Shown here one piece after another: positions 27,157 through 39,149 of a DNA stretch of 64,000 nucleotides. This stretch comes from Rhynchopus sp. YZ270_cl-10 (lineage: Eukaryota): the NCBI GenBank assembly GCA_964035575.1, contig OZ037844.1, forward strand, positions 1,674,001 through 1,738,000, in the 5' to 3' direction. Position 1 is the first letter of the stretch. Every line of letters begins with the position of its first letter. Position numbers and translations under genes: made by a program. The notes beneath the pieces were generated by a model. That model was given only the letters and a program-made list of their open reading frames with translations. It did no database searches and was not told the origin of the DNA.

Positions 27157-28386
27157 ATGAGGCCCATGTGTGCGATGCTACTGGGTGCCCTCTCACTCAG
27201 CAGAGGTGCCACTGCACAGGATACGTTGACCATGACGTTGACGTTGACTGGCACTGCGACAGAGACACTGCCGCTCCCAGCTATGCCAACCGCCGTTCCC
27301 ACAGCACAACCTACTTCAGTGCCAACAGCACAGCCCACAGCAATTCCTACATCAGTCCCAACAGCAACCCCGACAGCGCAGCCCACAGCTGTTCCACCAT
27401 TCATGCCCACTGCAGTGCCGACAAGCGCCCCTTCTACGTGCACAGACAAGGACACGATTAAGACAACGTGCCCACGGAGCCTGCCTGACACATGCCGCTT
27501 CAAGGTGCAGCACCAAGAGAGGGTGCTCTCTGTTGCCTTCTCGAGCGACGGCACGCACTTTGCCACTGGCAGCGACGACGGTGTGCGTGTGTTTGAGATT
27601 GCAACAGGCGCGCAGACGCTGAAGCTTGCGTGTGCAGACTTTGCTGTGCACGACGTTGTGTTCTCGCCGGACGCACTGTCGGTTGCAGTTGCAGGTGCGG
27701 GTGGACGTGCTGTGGTGTGCGATGTGGCAACGGGAGCACTGCGGTACGTCCTGCACAACCTGGGGAGCAAAAGCACGCCGATACGCAAGGTAGCGTACTC
27801 GCGTGTGGGTGGCCTGCTTGCGGGTGGGGGTGGGAACGCGCCAAGCACACGTGTTGTGCGTGCAGACGACGGTGCCTTGGACCTTGTCATCCATGCGCAT
27901 GCGCGCAACGTGGCGTTTTCGCCTGACGGAAGTCTGCTGGCAACTGTGGTGGGGAGCGAGGTGGACGAGATTGTGCAGATATGGGACGTTGCGACAGGTG
28001 CGAAGGTGGGCACTGTTGTCTCTGAGGGTGCACGCGTGGTGTCTGTGGCGTTCCTGTCTGGCGGTGAGCTGCTGCGTGGGATGGACAGCGGTGCCGTCCT
28101 TATGACGCGTTGGGCAAGCGGGACTGTCGGTGTGGGTGTCGCGACAGTGTCAGCAGCAGTGTCGATGCCCTCTCACGTGCTGCACCACGCTACGCCCTCT
28201 GCAGACGGGCAGCTCTTTGCTGCTGCAGGCCCTGCTGAGGTCGTCGTGTGGACGGCAGCAGGCACTGTGCACACACGCCTTGCAGGCCTCGACTCAATTG
28301 TGGCTCAGGTGTCCTTCTCCCCCGACAGCAGCCTTCTTGCCACTGCCGGGCACGACGGGTCGCTCCTTGTGTGGTCTCTTGTGTGA
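27157..28386 (+). CDS. Secreted Pro/Thr-repeat + WD40 beta-propeller protein (copy 1)
   Basis: Signal-peptide-like N-terminus, PTAVPT repeats and WD40 motifs (VLSVAFSSDG, VQIWDV, ATAGHDGSLLVW). Confidence 0.85.
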   Translation: MRPMCAMLLGALSLSRGATAQDTLTMTLTLTGTATETLPLPAMPTAVPTAQPTSVPTAQPTAIPTSVPTATPTAQPTAVPPFMPTAVPTSAPSTCTDKDTIKTTCPRSLPDTCRFKVQHQERVLSVAFSSDGTHFATGSDDGVRVFEIATGAQTLKLACADFAVHDVVFSPDALSVAVAGAGGRAVVCDVATGALRYVLHNLGSKSTPIRKVAYSRVGGLLAGGGGNAPSTRVVRADDGALDLVIHAHARNVAFSPDGSLLATVVGSEVDEIVQIWDVATGAKVGTVVSEGARVVSVAFLSGGELLRGMDSGAVLMTRWASGTVGVGVATVSAAVSMPSHVLHHATPSADGQLFAAAGPAEVVVWTAAGTVHTRLAGLDSIVAQVSFSPDSSLLATAGHDGSLLVWSLV

Positions 28387-30558
28387 TGCTGAGGCACAAG
28401 GTGCAACCGGCTAGGGTTAGTTTTGCACCGCAGCAGTACACCGTTTTGAGAGGACAGGTCATCAGTTTCTGTCGTGTAGACGGAATTTCTTCACTGTCAG
28501 GGAGGGATTTGTATTTCAACTCAGCTTTCTTTTCTCTAGTGTGTGATGCGCGACACGTTCATCTTTCAGTTTCTTTTGTTCTTTGTTTTAATAGTTGACT
28601 AGGCACGAGAGGCTTGGTATCATGCAGGGTCCTAGCTCAGTAGAACGGAAAAGGTGGCCCACCTTTTCCGTTGTTTTTTTTTTTTTTTTTGGGATTTTTT
28701 TTTTTTTTTTTTTTTGGGTTTTTTTTTTGTATACAACAGACGAAGCGGTACGCGTACGGTTGTAAAGAAATAATACAGACCGAAATGTTTGGGCGTCTTC
28801 GGTTCGAATGATTGGAATTGTGTGTGTAGTTCAGACATAAATACTGGCTCTTCTATCTTGTTCTTTTATTCATTGTTTTCCTTTCATTGCCCTTTGCTTG
28901 TGCTCCCCGACTCCAATTCAACCAACACTTACAGAGGGGGGTCAAAAAGTTATTAGCGTTTTTCATTTAAAAAAAAAAAAAAAAAAAAAAGAAAGAAGGA
29001 AAAGAGATAATTGGCGTTATTGTTGTTATTGGGATTTACAGTCTCACATTGTCTTTTTCGTTCGTTGTTCTATTTAGACACGTTGGGCCTAATGCGCCTG
29101 CACTGTTCGATGCTAGTATGTAAGCACAGAGCACCTAGGGTCTGACTATTACGCGCAGTACCGTCGAGGGACGTACTGTTGCAACGAACTTCACACCATT
29201 TCTCCGACTGTTTAGGTAGCCGCTTACATACAGCTCACAGGCGTCGCATCTGGGCAGTTTTTCACGTGGCGTTCGCCCTCACTCTTTGTCTTCCGACTCA
29301 GCAGCCATGGCGCGGGTCGTTTTACGAATTTTGAGGGAATAAGCTACAGTTTTGTTGAATTGAATTGGAGAAGGGGATGCGTCCAATGAAAATCACGTCG
29401 TGTAGAAGAGTTCAAGAATGTAGGTTTTATTATTTATAGGGGGGTGGGGGATAAAACAATTATCCCCCGTTTTTTCTCCCCCATTTTATTTTATTTTATC
29501 CCCCACTACAGTTATCCCCCACTTCCCACACCGCGTTTTTGGTGTGGATTTTCCTTGGGGATGGGGATATTCAGGTGGGAAAAAAGAGAGATATTTTTTT
29601 TTATCCCCCACTACAACTATCCCCCATTTTTTGAGAAGAACAAACTGGCGATATTTTTTATTTTATCCGCCATTCTACAGTTATCCCCCACTACAATTAT
29701 CCCTCCCCCCCCTTTACACGGTGCAAAAAACCGGTTGGCCAAGGAGGTCCTCAGTGTCGTCAGCCAGTCCCCTTTGCTGTTAAAAACAGCGACTTGGCGT
29801 GGTCAATTTTTCCGCGCGAACAGGGATTACGCTCCACGTGTGGAACGTATGGAAATCCATACGTGAATTGTTTTTGAAAAGGTGGAATCCATACGTGTCC
29901 ATACGTAGGTAATTTGGGTTTTGGATTGGGCTGGGGTGGGGTAGGTGAGGAGTGGGGCTCCGCCCCCACCTCTCACCTACCCCCTACAGAATTCTATTTG
30001 TAGGAGACAATTTTCTATTTTACCGGAAAAGGAGCATGCAGCATGGCGAAAGAAAAAAGTAGCGTACCGTGCGCCTGCGGCGCTAGATTGCAATACACCC
30101 TTCCCATGACATAATAGGCAATTTTAAGCGCAATTTTTAGAAATGTTGCGTACCGTGGCTTCGCCAGAAACTTTCGTTTTAGCAAAATATGGAAGTAAAG
30201 TTTACGGAACTGGACCATAATTACCAACGAAAGTGCCATTTTATGTCAAGATTTTTTAAAAATGTTGCGTACCGTGGCTTCGCCAGGAACATTTGGATGC
30301 CATGACTGATGATTTCTCCAGTTCTTCGAACTTTCACAACCCTTCTCAACCAACTTTGCCAGGGAGAGCGCGCGCGAAGCGCGCGCGAAGCGCGCGCGGT
30401 TTTTAATTGTTTTTTGCTTAGAATTGTACGTGTTGAAAATCCATACGTACTTTTTTTATTTTTGGGGGAGCTGCGTAATCCCTGCGCGCGAAGCGCAGAA
30501 AAATTTTTTTTGAGCCACCTTTTCCGTTTCTTTTTTTTTTCTTCTGAGCTAGAACCCT

Positions 30559-31330
30559 GTATCATGTTATAAACATTTCTTTGTTTTTGCACATTGCTCT
30601 CATTGTGACATGACATTGTTTTCACTATGATGGATCTTTGAAGTTTGCGGAAGATCTTTCCAGAAATTGTGAATTTGTTGGGGATTTTCACACATCTGGA
30701 CGATCATGTTATTTGTGTGGGTTTTTCTTATTCCACACACATCTTTTGAGGGGAGAAGAAAACGATCTCTTCCACAAGCTCTGATCCTTTTTGATATTAT
30801 CACTGAATAGCATTTTTCAACGCGTTTTGTGAACTCGGAACAGATTTATTTCTGTGAAAGTGTCGGGATGTGTGAGCTCGCAAATGGCACATCCTGTATC
30901 ACACAATAGACCTGTTGCGAGACACAGCCAACACTGACTCCTCAACTGGTAAAAGAGCCTGTCGAGAGGGTCAGTGTTGGTGCTTTCGTTTCTTCTTCCG
31001 TTGCGATGTGCGTCCGTATGGTGTCAGGCGGTCTACCTGGCCTGAAATACACATAGCTTTTTAGAAGCTGACCAGCACGGCGAGTGTGGTGCGAAACACA
31101 TTCATTTTTATTGATGTTCTTTTATTATCCAGTGCCTGCGTCCCGCCGTTGAACGGTGAGTCGTTTGCACTTTCAACTTTTCTTTATTGTTTCCCTCTCC
31201 CCCCGTTAAAACCGTTTCAACGTTCTTTGCAGAAAACCCCGTTTGCAAAAGAAGAAGCTCAAATCCCTAAATCAACAAAATGAAATACCCCCCCCATTCG
31301 TCGTTTGTTGTGTGTTGATCGCATACGTCC
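30559..31330 (+). repeat. ~0.75-kb upstream duplication block
   Basis: Near-identical copies at 35380-36100 and 42028-42790, and a diverged copy at 44920-45390. Each lies 5' of a gene or gene remnant. Confidence 0.88.
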
Positions 31331-31371
31331 AACCAATGATTTCCACAACAGTTTTCCTTAATCACCAAAAA

Positions 31372-33240
31372 ATGAGGCCAATGTGTGCGATGCTACTGGG
31401 TGCCTTCTCACTCAGCAGAGGTGCCACTGCGCAGTGTACCTCAACGCATCCGTGGTGCGATCCTTTCATGCCTGTTCTGGCACCCAGCGACGTGATAGAC
31501 CCTTGTCACGTGCTAGCCCTATCGTGCCAGGTTCGTCCGCTGGACTGGCAAGTGGAACGTATACTGGAGCAGCACAACCTGTACAGGGAAAAGCACGGAG
31601 CATGCCCCATGAAGTACAGCACAGCCATTGAACACTACGTTATGACCAGCGCCGGCTTCCAGGGCACCTGCAACACCGGCAGCCTCACGTATAACAACGG
31701 TAATGCCTATGGCGAGAACATTGCCATGGTGGCTACTTCCGATCCTACAAGGATTGCCAAATGGGATGCGGCCGAGGCTGTGAAGAACTGGTACTGTTTT
31801 GAGGAGAACTGCTACAGTTACGATGGTGCATTCTCGTCACAGATCCTGCGCTTCTCTCAGGTGGTGTGGAAGGATTCAGTCGAGGTCGGGTGTGGTCTGT
31901 GCTCTATCGACGGTACCCGCATGTACATCATGTGCAATTATCAAGTGAAAGGGAACCACGTTTCGGAGTTCGGGAGCCAGATCGGAGCACCAGGGTCAAC
32001 AGCGACAGGGTGTGCAGTGACTACATCTGTGCCAACCTCCGTTCCCACTTCAGCCCCAACAGCAATCCCGACAGCGCAGCCCACAGCAGTACCCACAACT
32101 GTTCCGACATCCATGCCCACTGCAGTGCCCACAGCTGTGCCAACCTCCGTTCCCACAGCACAACCTACTTCAATGCCAACAGCACAGCCCACAGCAATTC
32201 CTACATCAGTCCCAACAGCAACCCCGACAGCGCAGCCCACAGCTGTTCCACCATTCATGCCCACTGCAGTGCCGACAAGCGCCCCTTCTACGTGCACAGA
32301 CAAGGACACGATTAAGACAACGTGCCCACGGAGCCTGCCTGACACATGCCGCTTCAAGGTGCAGCACCAAGAGAGGGTGCTCTCTGTTGCCTTCTCGAGC
32401 GACGGCACGCACTTTGCCACTGGCAGCGACGACGGTGTGCGTGTGTTTGAGATTGCAACAGGCATGCAGACGCTGAAGCTTGCGTGTGCAGACTTTGCTG
32501 TGCACGACGTTGTGTTCTCGCCGGACGCACTGTCGGTTGCAGTTGCAGGTGCGGGTGGACGTGCTGTGGTGTGCGATGTGGCAACGGGAGCACTGCGGTA
32601 CGTCCTGCACAACCTGGGGAGCAGAAGCACGCCGATACGCAAGGTCGCGTATTCGCGTGTGGGTGGCCTGCTTGCGGGTGGGGGTGGGAACGCGCCAAGC
32701 ACACGTGTTGTGCGTGCAGACGACGGTGCCTTGGACCTTGTCATCCATGCGCATGCGCGCAACGTGGCGTTTTCGCCTGACGGAAGTCTGCTGGCAACTG
32801 TGGTGGGGAGTGAGGTGGACGAGATTGTGCAGATATGGGACGTTGCGACGGGTGCGAAGGTGGGCACTGTTGTCTCTGAGGGTGCGCGTGTGGTGTCTGT
32901 GGCGTTCCTGTCTGGCGGTGAGCTGCTGCGTGGGATGGACAGCGGTGCCGTCCTTATGACGCGTTGGGCAAGCGGGACTGTCGGTGTGGGTGTCGCGACA
33001 GTGTCAGCAGCAGTGTCGATGCCCTCTCACGTGCTGCACCACGCTACGCCCTCTGCAGACGGGCAGCTCTTTGCTGCTGCAGGCCCTGCTGAGGTCGTCG
33101 TGTGGACGGCAGCAGGCACTGTGCACACACGCCTTGCAGGCCTCGACTCAATTGTGGCTCAGGTGTCCTTCTCCCCCGACAGCAGCCTTCTTGCCACTGC
33201 CGGGCACGACGGGTCGCTCCTTGTGTGGTCTCTTGTGTGA
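31372..33240 (+). CDS. Secreted CAP/SCP (PR-1-like) + PT repeats + WD40 protein (copy 2)
   Basis: HNLYREKHG, YGENIA, AVKNWY, FSQVVWKDS.EVGCG and YIMCNY motifs, followed by the shared WD40 cassette. Confidence 0.88.
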   Translation: MRPMCAMLLGAFSLSRGATAQCTSTHPWCDPFMPVLAPSDVIDPCHVLALSCQVRPLDWQVERILEQHNLYREKHGACPMKYSTAIEHYVMTSAGFQGTCNTGSLTYNNGNAYGENIAMVATSDPTRIAKWDAAEAVKNWYCFEENCYSYDGAFSSQILRFSQVVWKDSVEVGCGLCSIDGTRMYIMCNYQVKGNHVSEFGSQIGAPGSTATGCAVTTSVPTSVPTSAPTAIPTAQPTAVPTTVPTSMPTAVPTAVPTSVPTAQPTSMPTAQPTAIPTSVPTATPTAQPTAVPPFMPTAVPTSAPSTCTDKDTIKTTCPRSLPDTCRFKVQHQERVLSVAFSSDGTHFATGSDDGVRVFEIATGMQTLKLACADFAVHDVVFSPDALSVAVAGAGGRAVVCDVATGALRYVLHNLGSRSTPIRKVAYSRVGGLLAGGGGNAPSTRVVRADDGALDLVIHAHARNVAFSPDGSLLATVVGSEVDEIVQIWDVATGAKVGTVVSEGARVVSVAFLSGGELLRGMDSGAVLMTRWASGTVGVGVATVSAAVSMPSHVLHHATPSADGQLFAAAGPAEVVVWTAAGTVHTRLAGLDSIVAQVSFSPDSSLLATAGHDGSLLVWSLV

Positions 33241-36116
33241 CGATGCGTTCTGTCGTGCATAAGGCAAGAAACATCCTGCATCCTTTATTTTGTGTGAGGA
33301 ATGTGGGAAGATATACTTTTGGTGAGTTTTCTTTTTCTTTTCTCTTCAGAGTCAGCAGTGTTTCCGCGCTCCTTCATTGGGTACGATTTTTGATGAAGAA
33401 TCGTGATTTTGTACATAAAAGGTAAATACGTCCCGAGCCCGGCGCGCTACGCGCGCCGGAAGTTAACGCAAGTTCAGGGCCTCCGGCGGAGAAACTAGAG
33501 TTCTGGCCCAAAACACGCGTCCCAGCGCAGTCCCTGAGATCAAGCATGTCCTTAAATCCAAAACAAACTTACAAGAGGCCGCCCCGTACCCCCTCCAGGC
33601 AAATAAAAAGTAAAAGAATGCCCTTCCTCAGTCCGGAAGTATCGCCTCAACCGGTCACCTGCCGTAAAAGAGAGAGAGGTTACAGTAAATCCGGGAAAAA
33701 TCAGGATTTTTCTGATTTTTAAATCTCAAAATTTTCTTATAGAAAAAAAATTTTTCGCGCTGCGCGCGAAAATTTTTCACGCACAACAGGAGAAGATATT
33801 TTTTTGTTGTTGTAGGCCCGCAGTGCGGGGCGGTCACATTTTTCTCCCCACCACAGTGCCTTATCCAAGAATCAGATTTCAAGATTTTTGGGGTCAGTTT
33901 GTGTTTCCCCCAAGATGTTTTTAAGTTCTGACCAGCGAAGACATTGGAAACATAGGGAACTGTATTGTATTTTCCTTTTGCGGAGCAAAAGGAATAACAC
34001 AAAATGGCGCCGCAGGCGAAAAAATAATAGGGTACGGTGTAAAATGTAGCTTTTTACACTACAGAGTCAGTCAACAAACCCTTTTTTGCGGAGCAAAAAA
34101 GTAATAAATAATGGCGCCGCAGGCAAAAAAAATTAGGGGACAGCCTGGGATTTCACGGTGCGGTCAGTAACTCAGTTCCCCAGGGTACTCCCGTGGTTCA
34201 ACCACTGTTCTACCAGGAAATTATTCCGACCTCCCTAAAAAAGACACTGCCCCATATCCATATGAAAATTTTTTCACCGGCAAAAATAAAATTTTCTTAT
34301 AAAATTTTCTTATAGAAAATCCTGAATCCTAAATCCGATTTAGAGGACAGCATGCCTGAGATTTCCAAAAAATAAAATAAAAAAGCGCGGTCGAGCCCGA
34401 CCCGGAATGAGAGAATTCCTCGGGTATCCAACTGAGGAGTTCAACTTGATTGATATTTGCACCAGACACACGAATTCTCAGTAACCTCAGTACGTGTACA
34501 AAAAGAAACGGTGGTCATAGCATCAAGGCTCCTGGCGAAGCCACGGTACGCAACATTTCAAAAAATTGCGCTGAAAATTGCACATTTTTACAGCCAAACT
34601 ATGTCATGGGAAGGTGGGTTGCAAACTTGCGCCGCAGGCGCACGGTACGCGACTTTTTTCCTTTCGCCATGCTGCATGTTTCCTTTTCGTTCGGCGTTTG
34701 ATCAATTGAGTCGCGTTCTGGCTGTGACGGGGTCACTTTGTTCATGAGGCCAGTTCTGGTCACTCTCAGAGGCTTATGTGGGGGATTTTTTTTTTTTCCG
34801 GGAATTTTTTTTATTTTTATTTTTTTCCAATGAAGAATTCTTCACTGGAAAATTTTTTTTTTTCGGGATTTTTTTTTTTTTTTCGAAGAATTCTTCATCG
34901 GATTCTTCAGCGCGGAAAGTCTGAGAGTCAGACCAGCTTACATCCAGGGACACCCTTCTTCAGCCAGGTGGAGAATGCTGCCCCAGCCCCCACCCCCTCT
35001 ACACTGTCCGCGTAGATCCCCCCATTCGTAAGGAGTCATCTGATGCCGCAAGGCAAATCGCCCCCACAGCGATGGTATTGGATGGCACGTGCGCGTTTAC
35101 GAAGCGATATTGCCCTTAGGGTCCCCCGCTATGCTCCCCACGGTACCACGTACAAAGGTATAGTAGGCCTTTCGAAAAGGCTGGGGTATAAAGAGGTCAC
35201 GCGAGTGGAACTGCTGATGTTCTCTTACGGTGCACACCACTCACGTCTCGCCCTTTGCATGAGCTCGACTGAGATGCGTTTTAGCACGTTTCAACGACTC
35301 TTTTTCTGTCGGCACGTTTATGTTTCAGTTTCTTTTGTTCTTTTCTTTTGTTTTTTGTACATCGGTCTCATCATTACGTGACATTGTTTTCACTATGATG
35401 GATCTTTGAAGTTTGCGGAAGATCTTTCCAGAAATTGTGAATTTGTTGGGGATTTTCACACATCTGGACGATCATGTTATTTGTGTGGGGTTTTCTTACA
35501 CACACATTTTCTGTGAAGAGACAAAAAGATCTCTTCCACAAACTATGATCATATATGATTTTTATTGAATAGCATTTTTCCACGCGTTTTGTGTATTTTG
35601 TGAACTCGGAACAGGTTTATTTCTGTGAAAGTGTCGGGATGTGTCAGCTAACTCGCAAATGGCACATCCCGTATCACACAATAGACCTGTTGCGAGACAC
35701 AGCCAACACTGACTCCTCAACTGGTAAAAGAGCCTGTCGAGAGGGTCAGTGTTGGTGCTTTCGTTTCTTCTTCCGTTGCGATGTGCGTCCGTATGGTGTC
35801 AGGCGGTCTACCTGGCCTGAAATACACATAGCTTTTTAGAAGCTGACCAACACGGCGAGTGTGGTGCGAAACACATTCATTTTTATTGATGTTCTTTTAT
35901 TATCCAGTGCCTGCGTCCCGCCGTTGAACGGTGAGTCGTTTGCACTTTCAACTTTTCTTTATTGTTTCCCTCTCCCCCCGTTAAAACCGTTTCAACGTTC
36001 TTTGCAGAAAACCCCGTTTGCAAAAGAAGAAGCTCAAATCCCTAAATCAACAAAATGAAATACCCCCCCATTCGTCGTTTGTTGTTTGTTGATCGCACAT
36101 GTCAACGAAAATTTAT

Positions 36117-36450
36117 TACCGTAATCGTAAGAATTCTGGGGCGTAAAATTTTTAGGACGTAAATATTCTGGGACGTAACAAAACCGGGACATTTTGGACT
36201 TTTTTAAACTTGGGACATTTTTACGTCCCAGAATATTTACGTCCCAGAATTGTCTGTGTGACCTTCCCCCCTCACCCATGCACTTCGGTGCAAACCCAAA
36301 CATGTCCAACAAACAAACAAAATATACATACTTGGGCCGGCTATGATCCCTCCACCAACCAGCCGCACCCAACCACCCACACCCCCAAAAATTGACAAGT
36401 ACCTGGAAAACCGCCCGAACAATTCTGGGACGTAACAAAACTGGGACAAT
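36117..36450. mobile_element. Probable MITE fragment
   Basis: Begins TACCGTA and contains repeated TTCTGGGACGTAA motifs in both orientations. It truncates the upstream duplication block. No right TIR was found. Confidence 0.45.
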
Positions 36451-36619
36451 TGGGGAAAAATCTGAAACTTGATAATCCCTACAACTTAATAATTAATTGT
36501 CTCAGATCTCCCGTGGTGCGAACTGAGAACTGTTCGCACTAAGATCATGGCCCCTTTGTGCTGGCAACCCACCTCACTCCAGATAAATTATGTACCCTTT
36601 GCAACACACTCTCCACACC

Positions 36620-37554
36620 ATGTATTCAGTTCTTGTGGCAGCAATGGCGTTGCACGCTGGTGTGCGCAACCTTGACAATAGCAGCGGGATTGTGGACATG
36701 CTGCTTGCCACCGAAATAGCCGACACGGTCTGTTTCCTGTGACGGTGCGTTTGTGGTGCAGTACTTGAACGACTTTGCTGGCGACTTCATCATCATGAAC
36801 AACGGGAATGAGGAGTCACGTGTCCCCGGAGCGCGTAGTACCGTCACTACACAGAGCTTTGTTGCACAGACACGTGTCACTATGATTGCGAGTGTGAAGT
36901 GGGTGTCTGGGAACAAGAAGGTTCTGTTCTCCTGGCGCTGTGCCTGCTGCTCTTCCATCAACACTGAACACTGCTGGGGATGTGAGCCACATGAAGTACG
37001 GGCCAAATGAGCAGAAGTACTGGATTCTGCAGTGTCAGGAAGAAGAAGAAGTGAACATCAAATGGACGTCTTTCAACATTGGCAACGACTCTCTGTGGAT
37101 GGGTCAGAGAGAGAACCGTGTCTGGTCCACCTTCTTCAACGCATCTGGTTTGGACACTGCTGAGGACTTCACCTTCCCTTCGAACAACAGAACAGGGGTT
37201 GCATACGTGTTCTACAGTAGTGAGGTTGACAGTGATGGTGGTGACTTTGCCTTCCGTTACGAGTGTCTGTCCCCTCCCACAGCAGAACCAACAGCACTGC
37301 CGGAAGGACACACCCTAGTGCCAACAACAGAAGCACCAAGCAGCGCAGCTATGACGTGGTGCACCTCTGATGCACAGTGCAAACAGCACGGCGACACTGC
37401 GGCAACATGCAAGGATAACGGACATTGCGCGCGTGGGGACGGCTTCGTGAAGCCCTTTGACGTTGATAGCGGACGCCGTGCACACATCTGTGTGACCAGC
37501 GAGACGAGGGTGTCGGATGTGGTGTACGTATCGTATAAAATACTACGCAGTTGA
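36620..37554 (+). pseudogene. Frameshifted secreted CUB-like domain protein
   Basis: Signal-like start MYSVLVAAMAL at 36620 and frame changes near 36740 and 36940. CUB-like segment YGPNEQKYWILQC..VNIKWTSFNIG..GDFAFRYEC, PT linker and Cys-rich tail. Confidence 0.55.
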
Positions 37555-38164
37555 GTCTCCTTGGGATCGAGCGAGCTCAACGACAGTGGTAAACTGGACC
37601 CAGCACTTTGTGTGCCTTGGCTGCCATAGTTTCTTTTGCACTTTCAACTTCACTTTTTTATCGTTTCATAATTTGATTCCGCCCCACCCACTGCACCCCA
37701 CCCCACCCCATTCCTCCGAACAGTGTTCGGTTGTTTTGAAAGACGTGTCAGTCAGCACAGACCGTCTTTTTGTTGTCGCATTTAGGATGTGCAAAAAGAG
37801 CGCATTCAGTTTAGAGATTTTTCTTGTTTTTGTTTTCTTTCAACCTGCAAAGCAACACAGTCCGAAGAGGGTGTTCGATAACCCCACGGAGTCTCACTGC
37901 TGCTTATCGGAGACGTTTTTGCACCTTTTCCACCCAATATTTCCCCCTGTCGGAATGGCCCACTAGGCAGGGAAGAGACCTCAGTCTCTTCCCTACTTAG
38001 TCTGTGGCCTGATTTTACGTACTTTCGTCATTTCTTTACAGAATATCCCCACAAGCGAGGATCCTCCCCATCCCCCACCTCCACACTGTTTTTGATAACC
38101 ACTGCGATTCCCACCAGTCTCGCGCACCACAACACTGCACCACCTCAGCTTACCACCTGACAAC

Positions 38165-38647
38165 ATGGGTGACACACACGACCTGCATGGACTGGCGAAG
38201 ACCTCCGGTGGTGTGCGTCGTGCACGCTTGGGTGACGACAAGGTGCGTGCCTTGGGGCGGTGTCATAAGTACCTGCGGTGGACGGGGTGCATTCCTCCGG
38301 ATGCGGAGATCGAGGCGATGACATGTCGCAAGAGGCACGATATTTTGGTGAAGACAACGGGGTCTGCTGCTGTCTCGTGTGCAACATATGACCGTATTGC
38401 ACGCACACGGCGCAGGGCAGCGCCTGCAGCAGATGTGACCTGCACCGGTGCCTATCAGGGAATGACGCACCGTATCAGCACCATGGTCGACAACGCAGCA
38501 CCGTGGAGCCATCACAAAGTAAAAGGCAAGCGCGGTCGCAACAGAACACGCCCCCAAAAATACTCCGATGGGTCGTGCAAGTACTGGAACCGCATGTGTG
38601 CCAGCAGGGTTAACCGCGCAGAGGCAGTCGAAGAAGGCAGTCGATGA
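38165..38647 (+). CDS. Hypothetical basic protein
   Basis: 160-aa ATG ORF with host-like composition and a CA-rich leader like neighbouring genes. No recognisable domain. Confidence 0.4.
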   Translation: MGDTHDLHGLAKTSGGVRRARLGDDKVRALGRCHKYLRWTGCIPPDAEIEAMTCRKRHDILVKTTGSAAVSCATYDRIARTRRRAAPAADVTCTGAYQGMTHRISTMVDNAAPWSHHKVKGKRGRNRTRPQKYSDGSCKYWNRMCASRVNRAEAVEEGSR

Positions 38648-39149
38648 CCAACCTCGTTCGGGCGGAAAACTGTGTGTCTGGATTGTGGTGTGAAGTGTCT
38701 AGACTGTGATGTGTCTCGGTGTTTGTGTGTTTGAAAAAGATTGCTTCCATGATATGTGTATGTGTGTGCATCGTGGTTGTTTTGTTCTATTTATTTTGAA
38801 GGGTGTGTACAAAGCCACATCTATCCTGCCTGCTTCATTTTTCCCTTGGGTTTAGCATTTGCAGCTTCCATTTTTTTAGCCGTGACTGAAGTCCGTGAGT
38901 CTGAGGTTTACATCAACGTTTCTCTTTTTTTGACACTTTTGACGTGTCTTGAGTGGAACCTCCACTCAAGTGTACCCTGCAACGCTAACCCAGCAGCGGT
39001 CCTCGACTGCACAGTAAAGCGCAAGAGAGACCTGTTCCCGTACTTTTGTTTCTCTGGAAAACAACTTTGCACCTCTCCCACCGCCCTTCACGTGGACAAC
39101 ACCACCTGCACAACAGGCAAACGAAACACATACGAAACACCTTTACACC

